Virus record (IMG/VR): IMGVR_UViG_3300035146_000010
Direction: 5' to 3' (one strand)
DNA length: 64,000 nucleotides
From: a virus
Part shown: positions 43,167 through 51,227 of the stretch, piece by piece
Position numbering within the stretch: the stretch's first letter is position 1
Layout: every line of letters starts with the position of its first letter
The notes under the pieces: generated by a model
Seen by the model: the letters and a program-made list of their open reading frames with translations, nothing else
What the model was told of the DNA's origin: nothing
Databases searched by the model: none
Position numbers and translations under genes: made by a program

Positions 43167-44463
43167 ACATAAACTTTTACGGCCCTATCAAAACATACAT
43201 ATAAATAAAATGATTAATATTTTACAAAAACAGGGAGCAGCCCTGGATGGGAGTGATACCGGAACCGGTAAAACATATACATCAATAGCATTGGCAAAAT
43301 TATTAAAATGTAAAATAATCGCCTTAGTCCCAAAAAATAGTATTTCTACATGGCAGGAAATTGCTGATGCATTTGAAGTTCCCATAATAGCTTTTAACTA
43401 CGAACAATATCAAAGAGGGAATATAGAATGTTTACGTAGAACAGAATACATGCAAACATTTTATGACAGAAGAGGAAAAAGGAAAAAAAGAAGAGTAGTA
43501 AAATTTCAATGGCTGACTGATAAAAATGATCTTATTGTTTTTGATGAGGCCCACCGGTGTGGGAGTTATTCTACATTGAATGGAAAAATATTAAGATTTT
43601 CTAAAAAAACAAATAGCAAAATATTGTCCCTGTCTGCAACCATAACAGATAAGGCAACAGATATGTATAATATTGGGTTGGTGCTGGGACTTTTTTCTGA
43701 TTGGATGGGATTCCAAACATGGGGATATAATAGAGGAATTACAGATGGGCATTTCGGTGGATTTGATTTTAATGCGTCCAAATCCAATTTGATAAAAATA
43801 CATAATGATATATATCCAAAATACGGGGCAAGAATGAAGGCAAGTGAAATACCAGGCTTTCCAAAAAACAATATTATCAGTGAAGCATATGATATGGAGT
43901 CGGCCGTAAAAATACAAAACCTATATGATGACATAAAAGGAATCATAGAAATCACAAAACGGATAAAGGCCCGGCAGGAAATAGAATTATTAAAAGTATC
44001 TACTATGATAGAAATGACTAGTGATTTGCTTGCAAAAGGGCATAGCGTTTGTTTGTTTGTGAATTTCAAGCAGACAATAACAGAACTATCAAAAAAACTA
44101 AAAACAAATTGCATTATAGACGGGGGCGTTGCCGGAAAAAATCGAATAAAAAACATGAGGGATTTCCAAAATAATAAAAGCAAAATAATATTATTGAATT
44201 CCAGGGCTGGCGGTGAATCCATATCTCTGCACGATACTCAGGGAGGGCACCCGAGAGTAAGTATAATAAGTCCACCTGAAAGTGCTAAAAATCTAAAACA
44301 GGTTTTTGGAAGAACTGTCCGGGAGGGAACAAAGGCAGATTATGTAACTCAAAAAATAATATTTTGCAGGAATACCATAGAAGAAGAAGTCGCAAAAAAT
44401 TTAAAAAGAAAAATCCGTAATATTGACATGATTAATGACGGAGATTTTGGAGAGCTAATATGA
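43156..44463 (+). CDS. SF2 (DEAD/SNF2-like) helicase
   Basis: GSDTGTGKT (motif I), VFDEAHRCG (motif II), SATITD (motif III), QVFGRTVREG (motif VI). Confidence 0.75.
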   Translation: MNYKHKLLRPYQNIHINKMINILQKQGAALDGSDTGTGKTYTSIALAKLLKCKIIALVPKNSISTWQEIADAFEVPIIAFNYEQYQRGNIECLRRTEYMQTFYDRRGKRKKRRVVKFQWLTDKNDLIVFDEAHRCGSYSTLNGKILRFSKKTNSKILSLSATITDKATDMYNIGLVLGLFSDWMGFQTWGYNRGITDGHFGGFDFNASKSNLIKIHNDIYPKYGARMKASEIPGFPKNNIISEAYDMESAVKIQNLYDDIKGIIEITKRIKARQEIELLKVSTMIEMTSDLLAKGHSVCLFVNFKQTITELSKKLKTNCIIDGGVAGKNRIKNMRDFQNNKSKIILLNSRAGGESISLHDTQGGHPRVSIISPPESAKNLKQVFGRTVREGTKADYVTQKIIFCRNTIEEEVAKNLKRKIRNIDMINDGDFGELI

Positions 44464-44738
44464 TACTTAGTATTATTCATTTGTTGTCACAAGAGAAAAA
44501 AAGATTTATTATAGAAACAAATAAATTTCCTGATTATGTTTTAATGTCTTCTACTACACTTTTAGATTTAGAAAAAGAAGTACAAAAGCAAAATAAAATG
44601 GAACATAATCAAAATGTGCATTTACATAAATTTGAAAATATGAATATATTATTATTAGAAGATTTAAGAAAAAACGAATTTATTTTTTATGATAAAGAAA
44701 AATTAAAAGAATTTATGTATCGATCATTTTATAGTTAA
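44460..44738 (+). CDS. Hypothetical protein
   Basis: 92-aa ORF with ATGA coupling. Confidence 0.5.
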   Translation: MILSIIHLLSQEKKRFIIETNKFPDYVLMSSTTLLDLEKEVQKQNKMEHNQNVHLHKFENMNILLLEDLRKNEFIFYDKEKLKEFMYRSFYS

Positions 44739-44753
44739 TTTTGGAGAATTATT

Positions 44754-44870
44754 ATGAAAAAATTTAAAGACCTGTCTATCGGTTTTATTGTCGGTATTAT
44801 TGACAGCTATGGGGCTGTGCACTCTAGGTTTGATGATGATTGTAATGTCCAATTTTTAGAATTGGACTAA
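44754..44870 (+). CDS. 38-aa small protein
   Basis: GGAG RBS. Followed by a terminator. Confidence 0.3.
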   Translation: MKKFKDLSIGFIVGIIDSYGAVHSRFDDDCNVQFLELD

Positions 44871-44882
44871 ACATAAAACTTT

Positions 44883-44912
44883 AACGGCCCTTATGTTTCG
44901 GGGCCGTTTTTT
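44883..44912 (+). terminator. Intrinsic terminator
   Basis: aacggccc...ggggccgtt plus a T run. Confidence 0.8.
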
Positions 44913-44929
44913 ATTTTAAGAGGTATTCA

Positions 44930-45820
44930 ATGTTTAATGCAAAAGCATTTTGCGAAGATTATGATATAACTATTCCAGATACAATAAAAAATACACAAGA
45001 GGGCTGGGTAAATATTTGCTGTCCTTTTTGCGATGATAGAACAAATCACGGCGGAATAAATATTGACGGCGGATATTATTATTGCTGGAAATGTGGATGG
45101 CACCCGTTATATGATTTAATTTTAGAATTAACAAATTCTAATCCAAATAAAATTATACAACAATACTCCCGTCCTTTTATCCAAAAGAAAAAAAGAAAAA
45201 AGAAAGTTAAAGAACTTAAACTGCCAGCAGAAACTATTCCGTTGCAAAAACCGCATAAAGATTATTTAATAAAAAGAAATTTAAACCCGGAACAATTAGT
45301 TATAGAATGGAACATTAAAGGAACAGATATCATTGGACCGTATAGTTATAGAATATTAGCACCGATCGAATATAAAAAAAGAATTGTTTCTTATCAAGCA
45401 AGGGATATTACCGGGAAATCTAGTTTACGTTATAAGGCTTGTAAAATAGATAATGAAATAATACAACATAAACATATTGTATACGGAATAGATAAAATAA
45501 AAAATAAAACAGGGATATTAGTTGAGGGCCTGATTGATGTTTGGAAGATTGGGCCGGGTGCTGTTTGTACGTTCGGTACTGCTTTTACTATTCAGCAAGT
45601 TCGATTTATAATAAAACATTTTGATAGAATATTTATTTTATACGATCAGGGACAAAAAGCACAAAAAAAGGCAAAAGAATTATCATATCAATTAAGTCCT
45701 TTTATCGATGTCGAATTATTAAAAATTTCTGGAAAATTTTCTGATCCGGGAAATATGACAAATAAAGAAGTTAGCTATTTAAGAAAGCATACAATCAAAA
45801 AATGGTATAATGCTAAATAA
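44930..45820 (+). CDS. DNA primase (zinc finger plus TOPRIM)
   Basis: CCPFCDDRTNHGGI...YYCWKCGWH zinc finger. ILVEGLIDVWK and LYDQGQKAQKKA TOPRIM-like blocks. Confidence 0.7.
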   Translation: MFNAKAFCEDYDITIPDTIKNTQEGWVNICCPFCDDRTNHGGINIDGGYYYCWKCGWHPLYDLILELTNSNPNKIIQQYSRPFIQKKKRKKKVKELKLPAETIPLQKPHKDYLIKRNLNPEQLVIEWNIKGTDIIGPYSYRILAPIEYKKRIVSYQARDITGKSSLRYKACKIDNEIIQHKHIVYGIDKIKNKTGILVEGLIDVWKIGPGAVCTFGTAFTIQQVRFIIKHFDRIFILYDQGQKAQKKAKELSYQLSPFIDVELLKISGKFSDPGNMTNKEVSYLRKHTIKKWYNAK

Positions 45821-45823
45821 CTG

Positions 45824-45938
45824 CTCATAAAACCAGTACTTATAAATATAAAAATATATTAAGCAGTAAAAAAGTACTTTACTTTATTTACTTTATTCTG
45901 TATATTATATACATAAAGTTAATAAAGGAGATTTTAAA
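45824..45938 (+). promoter_or_regulatory. Regulatory cassette copy B: AGTACT boxes at 45835-45840 and 45873-45878, -35 at 45878-45883, -10 at 45901-45906
   Basis: Aligns with 16699-16811. Confidence 0.7.
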
Positions 45939-46088
45939 ATGAATAAAAAACAAATTAAAAAAGCGTATAGATTTTATAACAAAGTTATTGAAGATAATTC
46001 TTTAAGATCAGAAATATCTAAACAAATTAAAAAACATTCGTTTAAACATTTTTTGTCTGTTTTAGAATTTGCTAACAGACAATTTTAA
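45939..46088 (+). CDS. 49-aa small basic protein
   Basis: First ORF after cassette B. Confidence 0.45.
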   Translation: MNKKQIKKAYRFYNKVIEDNSLRSEISKQIKKHSFKHFLSVLEFANRQF

Positions 46089-46238
46089 AATAGACCTAGA
46101 TTAACTCAAGTTTTAATTACTGCATATCCGGCCAGGTGCAGTAGTTTGGGAAAAGGATGTACAGTTTTAAGAGTAGGATATAATTCTATTGGATTTTCTT
46201 GGAAAGCTGGCGCATACGGATGTATATTATCTTATTAA
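46089..46238 (+). other. ATG-less open frame continuing in-frame past the TAA at 46086-46088
   Basis: 49 sense codons (NRPRLTQVLITAYPARCSSLGKGCTVLRVGYNSIGFSWKAGAYGCILSY*). It ends in the same 26-nt module as 102-127. Confidence 0.3.
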
Positions 46239-46249
46239 GCCTTTATTAA

Positions 46250-46286
46250 CTGCCCGAAAGCCGGCAACCGGCCGTAGGGCAGTTTT
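46250..46286 (+). terminator. Intrinsic terminator (variant of 118-150)
   Basis: ctgccc...gggcag plus TTTT. Confidence 0.65.
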
Positions 46287-46309
46287 ATATAAATTTTTTT
46301 AAAAAATCC

Positions 46310-46340
46310 TTTACTTTTATTTAGCATTATTTTATATAAT
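46310..46340 (+). promoter_or_regulatory. Class A promoter (TTTACT ... TATATAAT)
   Basis: aaaaaatccTTTACT plus a 17-19-nt spacer plus TATATA/TATAAT. Confidence 0.5.
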
Positions 46341-46374
46341 CCTTTATGAAAGTAAAATTTATAAAATAAAAGAA

Positions 46375-46410
46375 GAAACAGGAAACAGCCGGATTTTCCT
46401 GTTTCTTTTT
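46375..46410 (+). terminator. Leader hairpin 1 plus T-run
   Basis: gaaacaggaaa/tttcctgtttc 11-bp stem plus TTTTT. Confidence 0.65.
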
Positions 46411-46418
46411 GTTTATTA

Positions 46419-46478
46419 AAGGGTAATTATCATATATTCGGCCCCCATTTTTGGGGATATGGTGATTACCCTTTTTTT
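46419..46478 (+). terminator. Leader hairpin 2: 17-bp stem with a nested mini-hairpin, plus a T7 run
   Basis: aagggtaattatcatat / atatggtgattaccctt (two G-U pairs) enclosing cccc-attttt-gggg. Ends about 20 nt before the ATG of 46500. Confidence 0.6.
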
Positions 46479-46499
46479 ATTCCCCGGAGGTACTTGTAA

Positions 46500-47696
46500 A
46501 TGATAATTAGAGTACAAAAAAACAAAAATAATCCATATGTAATAATTAATAAAAATTTTTTACAAAATAAAAATCTTTCTTGGAAAGCAAAGGGATTGTT
46601 ATCTTATTTGCTGAGTTTGCCTGATAATTGGGAAATTAAGGTAGAAGATTTAAAAAACAGATCTACAGATGGAAGGGACTCTACCAATACTATTATTAAA
46701 GAACTTATTACGTACGGATATATAAAAAGAAAACCAAAACCAAAAGAAAAAGGAAAATTTGGTGGATATGATTATATGGTTTATGAGGAACCGTTACTGG
46801 AAACCCGTAACGGTTTGTCCGTAACGGAAAACCCGAAAGTAGTAAATAATAATAATATAGTAAATAATAAAGAGGAAATAAATGACTCTAGCGAGTCAAA
46901 AACATCTTCTATGAATAAAATAACAAAATATTGGAATAGTCTAAGCCATACAAGAAAACATAAGGAATCATCTAAAAAAACAAATCAAAAAATAAATCAG
47001 CTAATATTAGATTTAAAAAATGGTAAATTTTCTAATTACTTTTGGGACAAAGAGTTTTTAAAAACAAATAAAATATCTAAAAAATATTTGTCTAAAAAAT
47101 GGACAGATCAGGAAATCGAAAAAATATTAAAACGAGTTAATAATTTATACCGGTCAGAATATTGGCCGTATGATAAAACTAAATTGCCCCGTGATCTTAG
47201 TACCGTTTTTTATAATCAATCAACAGGCAAATCGTTTTTTTTATTATGTCTCAAAAACCCGCCGCAGTTATTAAATAAAGAAAAAAGACAAAAACCGAAA
47301 AATGTAGAAATGTTTAATAAATTTTTAGAGCTGTTTCCCAAAACTCCCCCATCCAAATTTGTAAAAATATTTAATGAATATTGGGAACGGGTGGAAAAAA
47401 TAATGAATGAAATTGAGCCGTATTATCGACACACTTCATTCGGTTCCTATTTGGGAAATATAAAACATATGCATAGATTTGTGGATTTTCATATTGCATG
47501 GATAAAAAAACAAAGTAGCATTTTCCCCGGACTTTTGAAAGGATGTCCGTGGGAAAATTTCAAAGATTTTGTATTATCTGAACATGGATATTATTTAGAA
47601 CCGGATTCAGATATTATGAAATTAATAATTAGAGATTGGGAACGGTCTCAAAGAAGATCAAAAAGGAGAAAAAAAAATGAGTACCTTGAAATGTAA
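46500..47696 (+). CDS. Replication initiator / replisome organizer-like protein (N-terminal wHTH)
   Basis: LSWKAKGLLSYLLSLPDNWEIKVEDL...NTIIKELITYGYIKR. Confidence 0.5.
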   Translation: MIIRVQKNKNNPYVIINKNFLQNKNLSWKAKGLLSYLLSLPDNWEIKVEDLKNRSTDGRDSTNTIIKELITYGYIKRKPKPKEKGKFGGYDYMVYEEPLLETRNGLSVTENPKVVNNNNIVNNKEEINDSSESKTSSMNKITKYWNSLSHTRKHKESSKKTNQKINQLILDLKNGKFSNYFWDKEFLKTNKISKKYLSKKWTDQEIEKILKRVNNLYRSEYWPYDKTKLPRDLSTVFYNQSTGKSFFLLCLKNPPQLLNKEKRQKPKNVEMFNKFLELFPKTPPSKFVKIFNEYWERVEKIMNEIEPYYRHTSFGSYLGNIKHMHRFVDFHIAWIKKQSSIFPGLLKGCPWENFKDFVLSEHGYYLEPDSDIMKLIIRDWERSQRRSKRRKKNEYLEM

Positions 47697-48117
47697 AGCT
47701 TGGAATAAAAAAACAAAAAAAATGTTTCGTGGAGGCCCGGCTGATTTGCTTATGGATTTTCGTGACAGTAAAATTTATGAGTTTGATTTTGAGAATAATG
47801 ATTGGAACGAAACAAACGATTATGAAATATTGCAATATACCGGATTAAAAGATAAAAACGGTAAAAAAATTTATGAAGGGGATATTATACTTACTCAAAC
47901 TTATTCTACCCGTCCTTATTCTGTTAACGCAAAATTTAAAAGATTTAAGGCTGTTGTTGAATTAGTAATAGATACTACTTGTGATGTGTCTGAGTATCGG
48001 GCAATTATAAAAGAAAAAATGGAAAATTATAGATATTCTTCGTTTGGTGATTTTTTTGATTGTGAAGTGATAGGTAATATATATGAAAATCCGGAATTGT
48101 TAAAAGAGGAAAAATGA
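47677..48117 (+). CDS. YopX-family protein
   Basis: KCKAWNKKTKKMF..., LKDKNGKKIYEGDII, EVIGNIYENPELL. Confidence 0.75.
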   Translation: MSTLKCKAWNKKTKKMFRGGPADLLMDFRDSKIYEFDFENNDWNETNDYEILQYTGLKDKNGKKIYEGDIILTQTYSTRPYSVNAKFKRFKAVVELVIDTTCDVSEYRAIIKEKMENYRYSSFGDFFDCEVIGNIYENPELLKEEK

Positions 48118-49508
48118 ATATGAAAATAATCAAAAAGAAAATTGATTCAGAGCCGGAAAAGGATTTGTTAATAGGACTGATTGTTTCAGACAGGTTTATC
48201 CGGGAAATATTTCCTATATTGGATTTGTCATACATTCAAATCAGTTATATTAAAAAAATAGCTGGGTGGTGTGTTGCATATTATAAAAAATATAATAAAG
48301 CACCTTTTCAGGATATAGAAAAAATATTTAAACAAGAAAAACGAAAAGGTAAACTGAAAGATGAAATGATTGAGTTGATAGAAGATTTTTTAATTCAGCT
48401 CAATAAGCGATATACAGAATTAGAAAATTTTAATGAAAAATATTTAATTGATTCCGCGGAATTTTATTTAAAAAAACGCAACATGGAATTATTGCGGGAT
48501 GATTTGGATGTGTATTTGATTCAAAATGAAATTGGAAAAGCGGAGTTGTTGTTATCGTCTCATAGCAGGATAGAAAAATTACATTCTAATTATATAGATG
48601 TCATAAAAGACCATAAAAAAATAATTTCTAGTTTGATGCAGGATGATAATGAAATATTTAGTTTTCCCGGGGCGTTGGGAGAGTTGGTAGGCCCAGTATG
48701 TAGAGGTGATTTTTTTAGTTTTATTGCGCCTGCAAAAAGGGGAAAATCCTGGTGGCTGATTGATTTTGCAGTTCGCTCATTGTTCAAGCAGCTTAAAGTT
48801 TTATTTGTGAGTATGGAAATGCCGGAGAAACAATTGTTGCAGCGCATACACCAGGGAATGCATGGACAAAGCAAAAAAGAAAGACATGAAATACAGATAC
48901 CGTTTTTTACAGAGAAAAATGAATTACGGCATACATTTGAAAAAAGAAAAGGGCTGAGTGTAAAAAAGGTAATTGAGAAAGCAAAAAAATTAGAGGTGAT
49001 GATTGGACAGGGGCAATTAAATATTGTTTGTTACCCGTCCCGGAGTGTGAATTTAGATATGATAAAAAATGAAATACAAAATGCAGCTCACTATACTAAA
49101 TTTTACCCTGATGTAATTGTTATAGACTATTTGGATATTTTAAAACCTGAACCCAGTTCCCCACGTGAAATACGGCATGCAATTGATTATACCTGGTCTA
49201 CTGCTAGGGGACTTGCTCAAGAAATAAATTGTATTGTGGTAACTGCCAGCCAGGGTAACCGGTCTACATTTAAAAAAGACATTGATGAAGAGGGAGTTGC
49301 TGAAGATATTAGAAAGTTGGCGCATGTAACACATATGATAGCATTAAATCAGAGCAAAGAAAATAAAGAAAATAATGTTATGCGTTTGGGATCTCTAGTT
49401 GTCCGGGAAGAGGAATTTTTTGTCGGTGAGGAAGTGTTAGTGGCATACCAATACGGGATAGGGAAGGCATACCTGGATAGCCGGTGGGAGAAAGATGTTC
49501 TTTTTTAA
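48114..49508 (+). CDS. DnaB-like replicative helicase
   Basis: Walker A APAKRGKSW, Walker B VIVIDYLDIL, VVTASQGNR. Confidence 0.7.
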   Translation: MNMKIIKKKIDSEPEKDLLIGLIVSDRFIREIFPILDLSYIQISYIKKIAGWCVAYYKKYNKAPFQDIEKIFKQEKRKGKLKDEMIELIEDFLIQLNKRYTELENFNEKYLIDSAEFYLKKRNMELLRDDLDVYLIQNEIGKAELLLSSHSRIEKLHSNYIDVIKDHKKIISSLMQDDNEIFSFPGALGELVGPVCRGDFFSFIAPAKRGKSWWLIDFAVRSLFKQLKVLFVSMEMPEKQLLQRIHQGMHGQSKKERHEIQIPFFTEKNELRHTFEKRKGLSVKKVIEKAKKLEVMIGQGQLNIVCYPSRSVNLDMIKNEIQNAAHYTKFYPDVIVIDYLDILKPEPSSPREIRHAIDYTWSTARGLAQEINCIVVTASQGNRSTFKKDIDEEGVAEDIRKLAHVTHMIALNQSKENKENNVMRLGSLVVREEEFFVGEEVLVAYQYGIGKAYLDSRWEKDVLF

Positions 49509-49515
49509 AAAAAGT

Positions 49516-49544
49516 TTTCTTTTTTTTTCATAAAAACGTATAAT
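49516..49544 (+). promoter_or_regulatory. Class B-like promoter (TTTCTT-17-TATAAT)
   Basis: Similar to 18484-18512 and 58463-58491. Confidence 0.5.
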
Positions 49545-49573
49545 ATAATTATAAATAACAAAAGGAGAAATAA

Positions 49574-50173
49574 ATGAAAAAACAAATAATTGCAGCAATT
49601 AAGGATATTTCAGAGCTGGGAGTGGATTTTGATATATCGCTGGATGAAGCTGAAAAATATGGCGAGGATGTTTTGATTGCAGAATTGGAAGAGGCGGCTG
49701 TCATTTTGGAAGACGGCGACAAATTACAAAAATCTACAGTTGATACTTTTACAGAATTGGAAATTGATATACCGGCAGGAATAAAAATTGTCCCGTCTAA
49801 AAAACCAGTTACCAAAAAACCGGTTTCCAATAAAAAATCTAAAAAGCAAAAAAAAGCACCGATTAAAAAATCTAAAAAAAATGAAAAACCAAAATCTGCA
49901 AAACCAAAAACAGATAAAAAAGAAATTAAAAAATCCCAAAAAAATAAATACCGAAAAAAAAGCAGTGATTTGAGTAATGAACTGGCAAAACTTTTAGAAG
50001 AGGCAGATTACACACAAAAAGAAATCAGGGAGGAGTTGTTTGATCGTTTTGATGGAAAGATACCAAAAAAAAGAATTTCTGATTTGCTTTCCTGTGTGAA
50101 AAACCCTAAATATAATATTTTTGATAATTTGGTTGTTATTGATGATGATGGGATAATGAAATTTGAAAAGTGA
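49574..50173 (+). CDS. Lys-rich protein (acidic N-terminus, poly-basic middle)
   Basis: 199-aa ORF with the consensus RBS. Confidence 0.55.
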   Translation: MKKQIIAAIKDISELGVDFDISLDEAEKYGEDVLIAELEEAAVILEDGDKLQKSTVDTFTELEIDIPAGIKIVPSKKPVTKKPVSNKKSKKQKKAPIKKSKKNEKPKSAKPKTDKKEIKKSQKNKYRKKSSDLSNELAKLLEEADYTQKEIREELFDRFDGKIPKKRISDLLSCVKNPKYNIFDNLVVIDDDGIMKFEK

Positions 50174-51227
50174 ATATGATTATATTTGGCATTTAAAAAA
50201 TGCTGACTTTAAAAAAGATAAGGGAAAAGTTTTTTCCGGTTTTGCTGGTGGTGGCGGTTCAACAATGGGATATAAACTAGCTGGGTTTGATGTTATTGGA
50301 TTTAATGAAGTGGATAAAAAAATGGCTGAATGTTATATTCAAAATCACAATCCAAAATATTCATATGTAGAACCAATACAAAAATTTAAAATTAGAAATA
50401 ATCTGCCTGATGCTTTATATGATCTTGATATATTAGACGGCAGTCCGCCATGCTCTTCTTTTTCTATTGCCGGCAATCGGCATAGGGATTGGGGCAAAGA
50501 AAAACAATTTAGAGAGGGAATGGAAAAGCAAATCCTTGATACATTGTTTTTTGATTTTATTGACTTGGCAAAAAAATTACAATCAAAAGTTGTAGTGGCT
50601 GAAAATGTTCATGGTATTTTGCTTGGCATGGCAAAAAAATATATGAAAAATATATTGTATGCATTTGATGCAGCTAATTATTTTGTTGATTTTAAATTAT
50701 TGGATTCTTCTTTGATGGGAGTTCCTCAAGTTCGGCGGCGTGTTATATTTTATGCAATACGGAAAGATTTGATTAAAAATATTAAACATACTGGCATGCA
50801 TATAAAAAAACCGGTACTGGATTTAGATTTTAATTTTGATACGATTTTTTTTGAAAAAATAATGGATGAAAATGGAGACAAAATAACAAAACATAATTAT
50901 GATATTTGGAAACATAGAAAATATGGGGAAAAGGTTATGTTTCGCACTAAAAAAAGAATTGGAATGAAAGCAAGTAATTTTCCATTGCAATATGTTTACA
51001 AAGAAAATGTTATGCCAGTTATACCGTCTACCGGGAAAAACGCATTGTGTTTGTTTCATAAACCTTTAAAGGTTAGTGAAACTGAAATTATAAAAGGATC
51101 AACGTTTCCATTAGATTATAATTTTTGCAATGCAAATATTAATTATGTGTGTGGGATGTCTGTTCCACCTGTTATGATGGCAAATATATCAAAAAGGATT
51201 TATGATCAATGGCTGAAGAATATATAG
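50163..51227 (+). CDS. DNA (cytosine-5)-methyltransferase
   Basis: FSGFAGGGGS (motif I), DGSPPCSSFS (IV), AENV (VI), QVRRRVIF (VIII), GMSVPP (X). The apparent start is a TTG. Confidence 0.85.
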   Translation: MKSEYDYIWHLKNADFKKDKGKVFSGFAGGGGSTMGYKLAGFDVIGFNEVDKKMAECYIQNHNPKYSYVEPIQKFKIRNNLPDALYDLDILDGSPPCSSFSIAGNRHRDWGKEKQFREGMEKQILDTLFFDFIDLAKKLQSKVVVAENVHGILLGMAKKYMKNILYAFDAANYFVDFKLLDSSLMGVPQVRRRVIFYAIRKDLIKNIKHTGMHIKKPVLDLDFNFDTIFFEKIMDENGDKITKHNYDIWKHRKYGEKVMFRTKKRIGMKASNFPLQYVYKENVMPVIPSTGKNALCLFHKPLKVSETEIIKGSTFPLDYNFCNANINYVCGMSVPPVMMANISKRIYDQWLKNI

